DNA from: a virus
Lineage: Duplodnaviria; Caudoviricetes
Virus record (IMG/VR): IMGVR_UViG_3300040734_000024
Coordinates: 1 to 50,493 of that record
Direction: 5' to 3' (one strand)
DNA length: 50,493 nucleotides
Shown: in pieces, positions 24,786 through 35,211 of the stretch
Numbering within the stretch: position 1 is the stretch's first letter
Layout: every line of letters begins with the position of its first letter
Position numbers and translations under genes: made by a program
Notes under the pieces: generated by a model
Seen by the model: the letters and a program-made list of their open reading frames with translations, nothing else
Databases searched by the model: none
Told to the model about the DNA's origin: nothing

Positions 24786-26153
24786 TTACTTATCCGGGAC
24801 TGCTGTAAATTGAGCGATCAGTTTCTTCTCAGGGTGCCACAGAAAACCTTCTGCGGCGTGCAGAGCGCCTACCAGACCTTGATCGAACGTCCAGGCGTCA
24901 ATAGGTGCCAATGACCTGAGTATCCTGACCACAATGCCGAAGTTCTCGTCCACTCGTTGCACCGTGTCGGTCTTGTGGTGCTTGTGTCCGGTATGCCATT
25001 CCCGATAGGTTGTTTTCGCCCACAGGTCAGGTACTTCGACCGGCATAATGGCGGTCAGCGAACCCCTTACTTCTTCCGAGCCGTGGGTGAACCCGATCAG
25101 GTTATTGCCGTAAACATAGTATTTACGCTTCATAGCTTTATTGTTCACGGTGACACGTTTGTTCCCGTGATACCAGCAATCCAGCGCATCCCCCAGAGCG
25201 AATATGCGTTCCTCGTCATGGTTGCCGGGAACGATCAGCACATCGACGGGCGCAACGGAAGCGCATGTGTCAATCATTTCGATAGCCAACTCCCTGCCTG
25301 CCCGGTACGTTTTCTGCCACCTGGTATCTTCCTGCTGGCGTGTCCCGTGTGAGGTAGTCCCCTCTTTGTTGTTCACGTTGAAAAAGTCGTTACCGATCGG
25401 TAGTAATATTTTCCCCACGTTGAACAGTTTTGAATATGACAGCAACTCAACAAGCACCTGTAAAACCATTTTCCTGGCGATCTTGATGTCATAATTCTCT
25501 CCGGTCTCTTCCTCCCATGTCAGGCGTCCGAAATGCAAATCCGGTATTCCGATCTCATATAGCAGCTCACCGGCAGTCTGCTTATGGGTAATTTTCGGGT
25601 ATTTTGGGGCGGCAGCTTTCGCAGCCTGGATAAGGTCTTCAACGCACTGCCGGCCGCGGATCTCCTGAACTTTACGGATGAATTTCACCCGGATATGATA
25701 CATTGGGACAATGAGCATTTTCCCGCTGTCCTCAACATCACCGGTAAGCACCTGGCCGTCTCGTACGTGCCAGTCAACTTTCCTATCTTTCCTGTATCCC
25801 TCTGAGGTATGGACTTCAAACCTATCTACAGCCCACTCGTCCGTGTTAATCTTGAATGAAGTGATCACATCCTCTTTTGACATCATACGCCTGCTTGCGC
25901 AGACTATGTTAATGAAGTCATCGCCCTCTTGATAGGTAGCGCCTTCCTCGCCCGGAGTAGCGCCTTCAGAGTATGTTTCCCTATGTAGGTTCAAGGAAGT
26001 TAACCTGCTGCGAACAGCATTATTGGATATTCCGATCTCTTTTGCGTATTCAATCGAAAACTGGGTAGCTGATAACAGCGATTGATTCCACGCTTCAGTA
26101 AGAGCCTTATCTTTTTCTTGCGTCCAGAAGTGACCATTATTCATTTTCCTCAC
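24786..26153 (-). CDS. Calcineurin-like metallophosphoesterase with N-terminal HTH-like region
   Basis: DLHFG, GND, GNHD, FTHG, GHKH motifs. Confidence 0.85.
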   Translation of the reverse strand: MRKMNNGHFWTQEKDKALTEAWNQSLLSATQFSIEYAKEIGISNNAVRSRLTSLNLHRETYSEGATPGEEGATYQEGDDFINIVCASRRMMSKEDVITSFKINTDEWAVDRFEVHTSEGYRKDRKVDWHVRDGQVLTGDVEDSGKMLIVPMYHIRVKFIRKVQEIRGRQCVEDLIQAAKAAAPKYPKITHKQTAGELLYEIGIPDLHFGRLTWEEETGENYDIKIARKMVLQVLVELLSYSKLFNVGKILLPIGNDFFNVNNKEGTTSHGTRQQEDTRWQKTYRAGRELAIEMIDTCASVAPVDVLIVPGNHDEERIFALGDALDCWYHGNKRVTVNNKAMKRKYYVYGNNLIGFTHGSEEVRGSLTAIMPVEVPDLWAKTTYREWHTGHKHHKTDTVQRVDENFGIVVRILRSLAPIDAWTFDQGLVGALHAAEGFLWHPEKKLIAQFTAVPDK

Positions 26154-26216
26154 CTTTCTACAAGTCCTGGAAACTCAGCTTCCAGGACTTGTAGCTTTTG
26201 TATGGGGCGTTCTGGA

Positions 26217-26441
26217 TTATTCAGCTTTCTCGCTGAACTCGGGGCATTCGAGTACAGGGGTAACCAGACCGTGCGCAAGGCATGCGGCGAAAACCAGGTT
26301 GGCAATCGGGCAATTCTCCTCCGGCAATCCGGGCTTGAAGTTTGCGCACTTAAGGCATAAGCAAACCTGCCTGTGCAAGCCGATCCTATCTTCGTCCACC
26401 CATACGGTGCGGCCATGATGCTCGTATTGAATAATAGGCAT
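26217..26441 (-). CDS. Small Cys-rich hypothetical protein
   Basis: CLCLKC...CP...ECP; AAGGA RBS. Confidence 0.55.
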   Translation of the reverse strand: MPIIQYEHHGRTVWVDEDRIGLHRQVCLCLKCANFKPGLPEENCPIANLVFAACLAHGLVTPVLECPEFSEKAE

Positions 26442-26452
26442 GTTGATCCTTT

Positions 26453-27418
26453 CTACTGGTGCAGCTCTGGGTGAGCGCCCCAAAGCCGTGACAACTTTTC
26501 AGCATCGGTAAACGTAACCGGCACATTTGGTTGTGGAATGGCCGGTGACCCGCTGCCGGTCCAATCTGAAGACAAAGACATCAACGCTTTCCACCAGCCT
26601 TGTTTGCCCTTTTCGGTTGGCAGCGTGCAATCTTTGTCCACGATGGTGTCCCACGCCCACCAGGTGACACCTGTACAACCCAGCAGCTTTGCTGAAGCTG
26701 AAAAGTTCGACATCTGTTCAGGGGTAGGGTTCCAATACTGAAGCGAACCCATTTTCCCGTAGGCTGATCCAGCCGGAACGAATGGTAAGTCTTTCAACTT
26801 TCTGAGTTCGTTCATGCTTTTTTCAAGTTGGATTTTCGGGGCAGTTGACCGGAAGTCATCTTCCCAGTACACCTGGGGCATGTGTACATCACCCTTTGAC
26901 GCATCCATGTTTTCTAAGAATGCAGCCCAGGGGATTTCCTGGTGGAATGAAGGGTAGCGGTAACTGCAAAGAGCGATGCTGACATTGGGGCACAGGTCAC
27001 GCAGCTTGCGCATATACGTTCGGGCAGCTACCGAGCGTCCAGACGCTTTGTACTCCGCCTCCGGGTCAAGGATGAGACCTTGCAGCTCGTACTTGCTGAT
27101 CTGCTCCGCTGCGATCTCGGCTTCCTTCTGAGGCAGCGCACCGTAAATGTACTGCCAACCGATAAGAGGCCGGCCAGCGGCTTTCTGCGCTTTGAAAAAC
27201 TCTGGGAGGATGTTGTCTGTGCCGTAGTATGTGTTCCCGTTCCGGTTGAACGGCAAGTATCCGTCCGTCACCTTCGGAGCCGCCCACCGCATCCCCACGG
27301 TGTCCATCACCGCCTTGATACTGTTGCGAGCCTCGGCAGTTTCCGGTTTAAAGGTGCCGGCGCATTTGTTCACATACCAGATAAAGATACCCAAACCATC
27401 AAAAATACTCATTGCCAC
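26453..27418 (-). CDS. Putative endolysin (GH25-like glycoside hydrolase)
   Basis: K..DG, GWQYIYG, ILDPEAEY, MPQVYW; follows the tail genes. Confidence 0.65.
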   Translation of the reverse strand: MAMSIFDGLGIFIWYVNKCAGTFKPETAEARNSIKAVMDTVGMRWAAPKVTDGYLPFNRNGNTYYGTDNILPEFFKAQKAAGRPLIGWQYIYGALPQKEAEIAAEQISKYELQGLILDPEAEYKASGRSVAARTYMRKLRDLCPNVSIALCSYRYPSFHQEIPWAAFLENMDASKGDVHMPQVYWEDDFRSTAPKIQLEKSMNELRKLKDLPFVPAGSAYGKMGSLQYWNPTPEQMSNFSASAKLLGCTGVTWWAWDTIVDKDCTLPTEKGKQGWWKALMSLSSDWTGSGSPAIPQPNVPVTFTDAEKLSRLWGAHPELHQ

Positions 27419-27422
27419 TCCT

Positions 27423-28808
27423 TTACGCAGGTTTTACAGGAATTGAAATTTCACAATGCAACTGACTTGACGCCAGGGTGAGGGTGATACTTTCCGAGTT
27501 TGAGGTCGCAGTCTTTTTCTCAGCAACCGCACGAGCTGAACCACTCGTAGTGTCATTGATATTGGTTTGACCCGCACCACGAGCTGTAACAGCGGGTGAG
27601 TTGTACGCATACGCAAAGCCAATAATCATGTCGCCCGGATTGCAGGTCACGGTTGATGACACATTTACAGAAGTAGCGCCCCCTATCCCTTGCGTACCCA
27701 GCGGGGTTGTCGGGTTCACGTCATAGAACGGGATAGCAACGATCTGTACACTTGTTCCTAAAATATTCGCTACTGCAACGGTTTGATTGCCGGATGGAAC
27801 AGCAGCACCTGGCTTAAATAAAGTAATATAAACACGTGGAGAACCGCTTGTGGGATATTCGAGGTGGTAAACCTCGATCATCGAAGTTCCAGCAAGAGTC
27901 GCAGTGGGGTGACTCCCAATACTTGTCGAAGAATACTGGAAAATTGCAACCAACGCATACCTATTCGAGTTGGACCCGCACGCCAATGTGCCGGACGCTC
28001 CAGTGAACTGCAACACAGTGCCAACGCCTACTTCGGCGTTGCACATATAGTTGTCAGGCTCTAGGTAGCAGTCGATCAAGTCATTGGCAGTCCAGCTATC
28101 GAGCGAAACACCAACATAACCATCCTGCAGCCGGACACTACCGTTCTGTTCGGCACGGCCGGCTGTGGCTGAAGCACGCAGCGCTTTGTTGGCGCTGCCT
28201 GTTCCGGTTACCTTTACTTTGTGCTTTCCAGAGAAGTAATACAGACCTTGAGAGCCAGCCGCAATGGTTTGAGCCGCTACTCCCATGACACGTCGGTCAC
28301 CGGCAACGGTGCATTTCTTCACATATTCGGCTGTGGTTGGATCCCAGCACACTACATCACCTTCCTCGTGCTGAGCAACATCGCCATTCGTGAGCAAGAC
28401 ACCACCGGTAGACATGGAGCCGAGGCAGTACCATGTAGTGCCTATGTAAATAAGGGTGATGATGTAATCGTATGGGAGGGTCAGGTCAGCAGCGTTCGGC
28501 AGTGCCATGTTCCCGCTTCCATTTTTGAGCGTGACCATCCTGGCGGAGTTCTCAGCTTTCAAAGCGATCACGTCGCCTTCAGAGCCGCCGCTGATCGTAA
28601 CCAGGTCGTCAGCCGCAGCGTCCGATTCGGTGTCGATGCGGTAATACCCTTCGCCTGATCCTGGGGATACAGTGACCGCACCGCTTGAAATGGTTTTCTC
28701 ACCACCGGACACAGACAGCATCCGGTGAGCATCTTTTACAAGGTTGTTATAAAGAGTGGGGGTGGCTTGCGTACGCCCCACAGTTGGGATGACAGCAGAC
28801 TCAGGCAT
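27423..28808 (-). CDS. Tail fibre / receptor-binding protein
   Basis: Gly/Thr/Ser-rich beta protein at the end of the tail module. Confidence 0.7.
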   Translation of the reverse strand: MPESAVIPTVGRTQATPTLYNNLVKDAHRMLSVSGGEKTISSGAVTVSPGSGEGYYRIDTESDAAADDLVTISGGSEGDVIALKAENSARMVTLKNGSGNMALPNAADLTLPYDYIITLIYIGTTWYCLGSMSTGGVLLTNGDVAQHEEGDVVCWDPTTAEYVKKCTVAGDRRVMGVAAQTIAAGSQGLYYFSGKHKVKVTGTGSANKALRASATAGRAEQNGSVRLQDGYVGVSLDSWTANDLIDCYLEPDNYMCNAEVGVGTVLQFTGASGTLACGSNSNRYALVAIFQYSSTSIGSHPTATLAGTSMIEVYHLEYPTSGSPRVYITLFKPGAAVPSGNQTVAVANILGTSVQIVAIPFYDVNPTTPLGTQGIGGATSVNVSSTVTCNPGDMIIGFAYAYNSPAVTARGAGQTNINDTTSGSARAVAEKKTATSNSESITLTLASSQLHCEISIPVKPA

Positions 28809-29355
28809 ATTTCACCTCAAGTTCATATTCAAAGGTCAGGTCTACGAGACCTGCGGAGTTGTCATACGTTTGCAGGTAGTGAGCGAACAGGACACCGCTT
28901 CCCAGTGTGGCTGTTGCTGTAGCACCTCCCCATACGCCGCATTCCTTGATGTTGTAAGTACATTCGGAAGCTAAGTAAAACTCGGAATAAGTCATCACCG
29001 CTGCGGCTCGTGTTTTTGAAGTCCAGGTCTTCCGGGCAACCTCGGTCGTAAGGGCCGAATCACCGCTCGCCGGTGTGGCAGCGCCTGTACCGATAGCGTG
29101 ATAGGTAAGCCCGGTAGCTTCGATATCAAGCGCCCAATCGCAAACGATCTCAAGCCCGTCCTGAACGACCAGGTTGTGAACCGTGTTCTCGTATACACAG
29201 GCTCCCATTGCTTCGGCTTTCCGCATCGCATCGTTCAGATCTCCGCCGTTCTCAGCGAGCAGGGAAGGGATGACGCCTTTCTTCCATGCCTTCAGGTGCG
29301 ATATGCCGCCAATGGCGATATTGTCAAAATGGTTAAGGTTTGGTTTTTCTCTCAT
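28801..29355 (-). CDS. Minor tail / baseplate protein
   Basis: HNLVV.DG...YHAIGTG..TP..GDSALTTE...IKECG pattern. Confidence 0.7.
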   Translation of the reverse strand: MREKPNLNHFDNIAIGGISHLKAWKKGVIPSLLAENGGDLNDAMRKAEAMGACVYENTVHNLVVQDGLEIVCDWALDIEATGLTYHAIGTGAATPASGDSALTTEVARKTWTSKTRAAAVMTYSEFYLASECTYNIKECGVWGGATATATLGSGVLFAHYLQTYDNSAGLVDLTFEYELEVKYA

Positions 29356-30842
29356 GGATCAAATGTCCCAAAACCCCAGATAAACGCATCGGCCAGGGTT
29401 TCTGAAAAATAGTAAGGATTGGTTGACGTTGCTACGGAAACGGACTCTGTAAGGGATATGCTTTCTGCAACCTGAAGAACCTCGTCCAGAACTTCCTCGT
29501 CACTCCAGGCGACTTCGCCTTTTGTGCTTTTAGCAATGGACAGCAGCATGTCGATCAAGCCGGTATTGTAGGTACCTAGCGATACTTTATAAAAAGCACG
29601 CCCGTTCACGCCCACCTTGCACGTCACTCTCTGAACGATGTAATCAGCATCTTTGGAATGCAGCGCACTGACGAAGTGAACGATCTGACCAGCCCGTATG
29701 CCCGGTTGGTCTACCTCAAGAGAGATGGAAGTCTTTGCAAGGGATTTCTCCGCCAGCTCAGCCAACCCAGCCAGGCGGGCGACGGCCTTGTCAATGATGC
29801 TCGTATTCACAATCACGTCATCAAAGTACATACCGTAATGGTTGTAGCTTGCCTGATCCTGTACCCTGGTGCGCAGCGGTACTTCGTACTTCGCAGTAAC
29901 CTTGACTGCGTTCGCCAGGTTCGGCCAATTAGCAGTCTGTTCCAACACTTTCTCGTTGAAGTAGTAAAGGACATCAGTTGCACTCACCAGGTCGTCCACA
30001 TACCCGACCTTGACCGTGAGGGCTGTCCACACCGGGGAGGCCAGCGTTCCATCGTTTCTCCACACTTGGATAGATGTTTGTCCCGTTGGTGCGTGTAGTT
30101 TAAATGGCACGGAAATGCGGTTATCCTGCCCGGTGCCAGCAAGGTAAAAAGTGGTGTCATCCGACCGATAATTCCCGCCCACGATCTCTACCCGGTTGAC
30201 CACACCAGAGCCGTCTTCGTCTATGACAAGATCGTGGTAAGGGTAGGTGGTTGAGAAGTTCGGGGTATCTGAAAGCCCGAAAGGTGCGGCGCTTCCCGCT
30301 GTCCCGCTCGGGAAGAAATGTAGTTTTTTGTCGTAATCGACGTACCAGTCGGCTTTTGCGAGCTTTGCCAACCGCTTGATGACATCGAGGACGGTGACAC
30401 GGTTGAACCGCATACTTGGGTGAGTATAGAGTTCGGTGACGTATGTGCTTACGTCATACCCTTCACCGGACAGGTACGTTGTGAAAATGTCGGAAATAAT
30501 ATCTGCGTCCGACGTGTTCACATACTCTTCCTTGATGTATACCTTGTTCAGGCGGACGCTGTAGTCAGATGCGGCGATATTGAAATCGGTGTCCAGGTTC
30601 GCGCCTTCGGCTTTCTTGTTGTTCAACAGGAAGCCGCCGAATATCCGTGTAGTACCATCAAGCACGATCACTTCCTGCCAGTCCGAAAGGTTCAACAACT
30701 TTGCGCCGTCAATGGTCGCTGAAAGCGTGTCGATCTGCTGGGTGAGGACATTGGATATGTTGAGTGTGCCCGGACGTATTTTGGCAGTCACGTCAACGCC
30801 TCCAATGGTCACGGTCACGGACAACCTGGTGGGGAATGTCAT
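29352..30842 (-). CDS. Tail tip / baseplate hub protein
   Basis: Directly after the tape measure; IFGG, WYVDYDKKLHF, NRVEIVG. Confidence 0.75.
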   Translation of the reverse strand: MTFPTRLSVTVTIGGVDVTAKIRPGTLNISNVLTQQIDTLSATIDGAKLLNLSDWQEVIVLDGTTRIFGGFLLNNKKAEGANLDTDFNIAASDYSVRLNKVYIKEEYVNTSDADIISDIFTTYLSGEGYDVSTYVTELYTHPSMRFNRVTVLDVIKRLAKLAKADWYVDYDKKLHFFPSGTAGSAAPFGLSDTPNFSTTYPYHDLVIDEDGSGVVNRVEIVGGNYRSDDTTFYLAGTGQDNRISVPFKLHAPTGQTSIQVWRNDGTLASPVWTALTVKVGYVDDLVSATDVLYYFNEKVLEQTANWPNLANAVKVTAKYEVPLRTRVQDQASYNHYGMYFDDVIVNTSIIDKAVARLAGLAELAEKSLAKTSISLEVDQPGIRAGQIVHFVSALHSKDADYIVQRVTCKVGVNGRAFYKVSLGTYNTGLIDMLLSIAKSTKGEVAWSDEEVLDEVLQVAESISLTESVSVATSTNPYYFSETLADAFIWGFGTFDP

Positions 30843-33517
30843 TAGAACACCCCTTGCAGCTTCAGTAAGTTGTAAATGGCGTTGGCTGTGTCTTCTGGGT
30901 TATTTGCGCCGTCTACACTGATATGGATGTCGTTTGTGGTATATGATTGCGATGACGGTGATGTACCCATCATGGCGCTTGTGACCTGAGATATGCTTAC
31001 GCTTGGATCTGTAATCATCGTGTCAATGGCTTGGCTCATTGCTTTCGACATTAGATCAGCGCCTTCTTTAATTCCTTCAGCCGCACCCGCTGGAACATTG
31101 TAGAAAAGGTCGGCCATAACCCTTGAAGGTGACTGCATGTGAAGAGCACTTTCGATAGAGGAAAGCAGGTTTTCAATACCGGTAAGAACCCAGTCGATGA
31201 TCGCCTGCCAGCCATCACGAATACCCTGAAGAATGCCGTTCACGATATTTCGCCCTGCATCCACGAACCGGGACACGGCGGTTGTAAAAGCTGTCCATAT
31301 ATCTGTGATTTTCTCTGAAACTGTCGATACAATTTCATTCATCTTGGCTTGAACAGCGGCCTTCATCTCGTTCCATTTGGTCGTGATGAACCCGACAATG
31401 CTTGCCAAAATCGGTCCAATCACGCCTACAACTGAACCGATAATATTCCGCACAGTTTCTACCAAATTATTCCAAATGGTTGATGCGGTCGTAACGATCC
31501 CGTTCCATATACTGGTCAAAGTCGTTGATATAACTGTCCAAACCAAAGTGAAGGCATCGCTAAGCGCCTGCCATACGGGAGCGAACCATGCAATCAGCGC
31601 ATCAACCCCGGCTCCAATAGCTTGTGTTATTCGAGACCATACTTCGGCTGCTATCGCTACGATCCTGTCCCAAATTTCAGCCCACCGAGCACGAACCTCG
31701 TCTGTAATTCCCATGAAGTTGAGAAAGTTATCAAAGCCCGTTGCGATAGCTGAGACGATGTTCTGCCATACGGTTGATATGGTGGTTAGCATCCCGTTGA
31801 AAGTGTCGCTTGCACCTTGCCCCAGTCTGGAAAACCAGCCGGTTATTGAGTTCCAGGCATTTGAAATCCCTGTCGAAATCGAGCTCGTTATGTTCCCCCA
31901 GATCGTTGAAACAATATTTACAAACGCCTGCCAGTTGTTTCTCCAGGTGCTACCAATTTCTGCGAGAGATGTACCAAAAATCCCGGCTATCCAGTCGAAC
32001 AAGTTAACAACCGCTGTCCATAGTGAACCGGCTACGCTGACAACAGTATCAACGAGAGTCTGCCATGCACCCTCCCAGTCGCCGGTTACGACCTGCATAA
32101 TCAATTGGATAGCGCCAATAAATAGGTCAACAACCCCCTGCAGAACGGGTTGTGCCACAGCCCAAAAACTGATAACTGCACCCAGCACTTGATTAAAAAC
32201 TATGCGCCAGGCGTCAACAAAGCCTGTTATCAGTGGCCCGTTTTGGACGAACCATTGACTGATCTGGTTGATTGCACCGGACAAGAACGGTAAAACACTC
32301 GTTGAGATAAATTCGATTGTTCTACGGAAGGTATTCCCGAATACATCATTGACCGTTTGCCCGATAGCAGCACCGGTTGTTTGAAAGAAGGTTGTGAAAT
32401 TAGCGATAGCAGATTGAATATTTGCGATTGCTGTTGTTATTCCAGCAACGGCTTCTGCGCCAATCAAATTCGTGAAAAACGAAGTCAGGTTAGAAGGTAC
32501 GCCCAGGTTCAAGAAATCGGCAATAGCGACCCTCAGTACATCCCAGGCGTTGGCACCGGCCAAGATCGGTAGAATAATCTGAGAAAGGGGAGTAAGCCAA
32601 CTATCTACCCAATTTCCAATTCTCTCTCCCAATTGCTCTAAAGTTCCAGAGTTAGTAAATTGGATAAAGTAATCGAGGATGCTCCCGAGAAAGTCTGATA
32701 TTCTCTCCAAAGCGGGTCCGAGCAACTGTGGCATGGAAAGGGCAAAGACATCTTGAAAAGTGCTCCACAGTCCTTGAAGGGTGCGGCTCATGCGCTGCGC
32801 AGCGCCGCCGAATTCCTCGTCGGCATATGCTGCGAACCCGGTTGCAAACTGCTCCCATGAGATCTGACCGTTTGCGATAGCTGTGTTGAAATCGTTGTAG
32901 TCGTTTATTGTTAGCCCGAACTGCTCTCCAATACCCCGGAGAGCTGAGTTCAAGTCAAAGCCGGCCATTGCGAGCTGGCGGACATCAAGGGCTGTGACCC
33001 GTCCCTGCATCCTGATCTGTGCCAGGTTGTAGGACATGCGCCCCATCATTTCATCTGAAGCGCCAATACCGGCGGCCATTGTCAAAATGCCACGGGTGAA
33101 ATCTGACGCTTCAGATGTGGTAAACCCGAAAGCCATACCTAAACGGAACGTGTCTTGAATAGTGCCGAGGCGGTATGGGGATTGGATCGCCAAGTTGCGC
33201 AGTTCGGAGGTCAACTGTGAAACAATCGGTGAGGATTGTGCAAGTGCATCATTGAGTGAAAGCGTCTCGTCATTGGCTCGCAGTTCACGGGCGACAAGGC
33301 TTGATAAGCCGATCTCGAAAGCCTGAAGGCTGGCGGTTGACGAAATGGCATTCTCGCCAATGTTCAATATTCCACGGCCAATATTCATTAGCAGGCCGGC
33401 AGAGAGAATGCCGCCTGCTATCTCGCCAATACGTCCGAGAACACCCCCAATACCACCAAGAGGGCCAGAGGCTCGGTCTTGTCCTTCAACAACTATTTGC
33501 AGGGTGTACGTAGTCAT
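30842..33517 (-). CDS. Tape measure protein
   Basis: 891 aa, Ala/Gly-rich, Trp/Phe periodic repeats, MQSPSRVM motif. Confidence 0.92.
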   Translation of the reverse strand: MTTYTLQIVVEGQDRASGPLGGIGGVLGRIGEIAGGILSAGLLMNIGRGILNIGENAISSTASLQAFEIGLSSLVARELRANDETLSLNDALAQSSPIVSQLTSELRNLAIQSPYRLGTIQDTFRLGMAFGFTTSEASDFTRGILTMAAGIGASDEMMGRMSYNLAQIRMQGRVTALDVRQLAMAGFDLNSALRGIGEQFGLTINDYNDFNTAIANGQISWEQFATGFAAYADEEFGGAAQRMSRTLQGLWSTFQDVFALSMPQLLGPALERISDFLGSILDYFIQFTNSGTLEQLGERIGNWVDSWLTPLSQIILPILAGANAWDVLRVAIADFLNLGVPSNLTSFFTNLIGAEAVAGITTAIANIQSAIANFTTFFQTTGAAIGQTVNDVFGNTFRRTIEFISTSVLPFLSGAINQISQWFVQNGPLITGFVDAWRIVFNQVLGAVISFWAVAQPVLQGVVDLFIGAIQLIMQVVTGDWEGAWQTLVDTVVSVAGSLWTAVVNLFDWIAGIFGTSLAEIGSTWRNNWQAFVNIVSTIWGNITSSISTGISNAWNSITGWFSRLGQGASDTFNGMLTTISTVWQNIVSAIATGFDNFLNFMGITDEVRARWAEIWDRIVAIAAEVWSRITQAIGAGVDALIAWFAPVWQALSDAFTLVWTVISTTLTSIWNGIVTTASTIWNNLVETVRNIIGSVVGVIGPILASIVGFITTKWNEMKAAVQAKMNEIVSTVSEKITDIWTAFTTAVSRFVDAGRNIVNGILQGIRDGWQAIIDWVLTGIENLLSSIESALHMQSPSRVMADLFYNVPAGAAEGIKEGADLMSKAMSQAIDTMITDPSVSISQVTSAMMGTSPSSQSYTTNDIHISVDGANNPEDTANAIYNLLKLQGVF

Positions 33518-33729
33518 TTCTTCTGCTTTCCAGGTTTTTTATCTGGCTGTTCTTCCACCCAGGCTCTCCATCGCCAAAGCCATTCGAGCGTCAGTCCCTT
33601 TTCGATCTCCCAGGGCGGAGTATGAGTGGCAATCGCCATGTCCATGATCTCCGCCCACCAGGGAACCGGATCAGATGAGGCGCCGGACTTACCGGTGAAC
33701 TTCCTTAGTCCGCGCCTTTCGCCGGGGGG
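33514..33729 (-). CDS. Tail assembly chaperone -1 frameshift extension (gpGT-like)
   Basis: Open -1 frame (..VPWWAEIMDMAIATHTPPWEIEK..) from the C6 run to a TGA overlapping the tape-measure ATG. Confidence 0.7.
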   Translation of the reverse strand, partial: PPGERRGLRKFTGKSGASSDPVPWWAEIMDMAIATHTPPWEIEKGLTLEWLWRWRAWVEEQPDKKPGKQKK

Positions 33730-34022
33730 ACAGTTTTTGATCCCATGATTACGGCGAAAATATCCATGATCTCTTCTGAATTTAAAGAGTCGAGCAGGCG
33801 GAATTTTTCATCTTTGGTCGCAGGTTCAACAATATGCTCTGCGAGAAGGTCATACCCTTTGTCGATGTCTTCCGGGGCAGCTTTTGCGGGTGTAGTGAAT
33901 GCACGTTGAACTGCGAGTAACGCCCGGTATCGAGGCATAAATCCGGGTGCGGTCGGGTCAATAGGCCGCACCTTGATTTTTACTTTTTGGACATCAATCT
34001 CATTGATCGTTTGTTCAGACAT
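33705..34022 (-). CDS. Tail assembly chaperone (gpG-like)
   Basis: Between tail tube and tape measure; AGGAG RBS. Confidence 0.75.
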   Translation of the reverse strand: MSEQTINEIDVQKVKIKVRPIDPTAPGFMPRYRALLAVQRAFTTPAKAAPEDIDKGYDLLAEHIVEPATKDEKFRLLDSLNSEEIMDIFAVIMGSKTVPPAKGAD

Positions 34023-34052
34023 TGTTTTTCTCCTGTTATGTCTTTAGTTGAT

Positions 34053-35042
34053 TTAGACCAGTGCGCTTACCGCATTGGTCAACGATGACTTGAACCAGTT
34101 CGCAAAAGTAGCGTGGTACATGGGATTGAAGACAAAGTCGAGTGTTGCCACACCGTCAGAGTCACCCACGAACTTAGGCGCTTCGGGAGCGTAACCGGCA
34201 TACTGGATGACCCAGATCAGGGATCCACTGGTGAACGTGATCTGGAATTGACCACGGAACGGGGTTTGCCCGGTCGGTGCAATGATGCTGTTGAAGTACC
34301 CTGCGCTGGTTGCATCCAATTCCATGCTGACCTTCAACTGGTTCGAACCTGCATCTGCCTTGTTGATCTTGTGGCCGATAGGATTAGCACTTCCAATTCC
34401 GGATTGCAGCGCCCAGTTCAAGTTCAGCCCGAGTTCGATTGAGTAGGCGGCTGGGGTTAATGCGGTCGTACCCATTGTGCCCGCCCAGGTGTCGAATTTA
34501 AGCGCAGCTTGGTTCGCATGGATATAATTCACTACCGAGTCACTCAATGCGGCGAGCGAATCATCTTCCACAGAGTGCCCGATCAGCTTTGCTTCGTATG
34601 AAACCCGCTTGTTTTTCTCGATCTTGATTGCGAGTTCGTTTACGATCCCGCCCTTCAAGCACTTGGCAGCTAGTGCACTACCACGGACTGCGGTAAGCAT
34701 TCGTGGTGAGGCTGGAACCGATATCAGGGGTGCGGCATAAGTACGCGCATAACCAGGGCCGGCACCTGGCGTGGCTTCCCCGAGCATGCTGTCCAGGAAA
34801 TAAGCAATTTGCTCAAAATTGGCTTGTCCGGGGATGGAAGCTGCACCGTCTATCTTGTCTACAGTTGCATCGAATACCGGAACGAGCGAACCACGGCTTT
34901 CTTCGACGACTGAGGTTTCCACATTCGGGGTAAGCTCCCCGTCCTCAGCACCCATCAGTTTCACAGTCGGAGCTACCGCAGTCCCGATCACTGACTGCTT
35001 TCCTAACTGCCATTGGAACAGATCAATTTCGTTATCAGCCAT
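34053..35042 (-). CDS. Major tail (tube) protein
   Basis: Position and size; Q.GKQSVIGTAVAPT N-terminus. Confidence 0.75.
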   Translation of the reverse strand: MADNEIDLFQWQLGKQSVIGTAVAPTVKLMGAEDGELTPNVETSVVEESRGSLVPVFDATVDKIDGAASIPGQANFEQIAYFLDSMLGEATPGAGPGYARTYAAPLISVPASPRMLTAVRGSALAAKCLKGGIVNELAIKIEKNKRVSYEAKLIGHSVEDDSLAALSDSVVNYIHANQAALKFDTWAGTMGTTALTPAAYSIELGLNLNWALQSGIGSANPIGHKINKADAGSNQLKVSMELDATSAGYFNSIIAPTGQTPFRGQFQITFTSGSLIWVIQYAGYAPEAPKFVGDSDGVATLDFVFNPMYHATFANWFKSSLTNAVSALV

Positions 35043-35211
35043 TCACGGCCTCCTTCTTAGGTTTTTCATCCTCTGCATACAAGCCGGATGAAATGGCTTG
35101 AGCGATCAAGTCCTGGGGAAGCGCTTTCATTTCTTCCTCTGTCAGGTCACGGGTAGGAATTCCGGTAATGTATTGACCGCTTCCTTTGCCTTTGAAAATT
35201 AGCTTGCTCAT
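35035..35211 (-). CDS. Small hypothetical protein (58 aa, not in the ORF track)
   Basis: MSKLIFKGKG..GIPTRDLTEEE; GGAGG RBS, coupled on both sides. Confidence 0.6.
   Translation of the reverse strand: MSKLIFKGKGSGQYITGIPTRDLTEEEMKALPQDLIAQAISSGLYAEDEKPKKEAVNG

Noticed and set aside
27423-28808. Diversity-generating retroelement targeting the tail fibre
   Set aside because: No reverse transcriptase ORF and no TR/VR repeat pair noticed
31377-32192. Long + strand ORFs opposite the structural genes (e.g. 271 aa)
   Set aside because: Antisense shadows of the tape measure and other late genes
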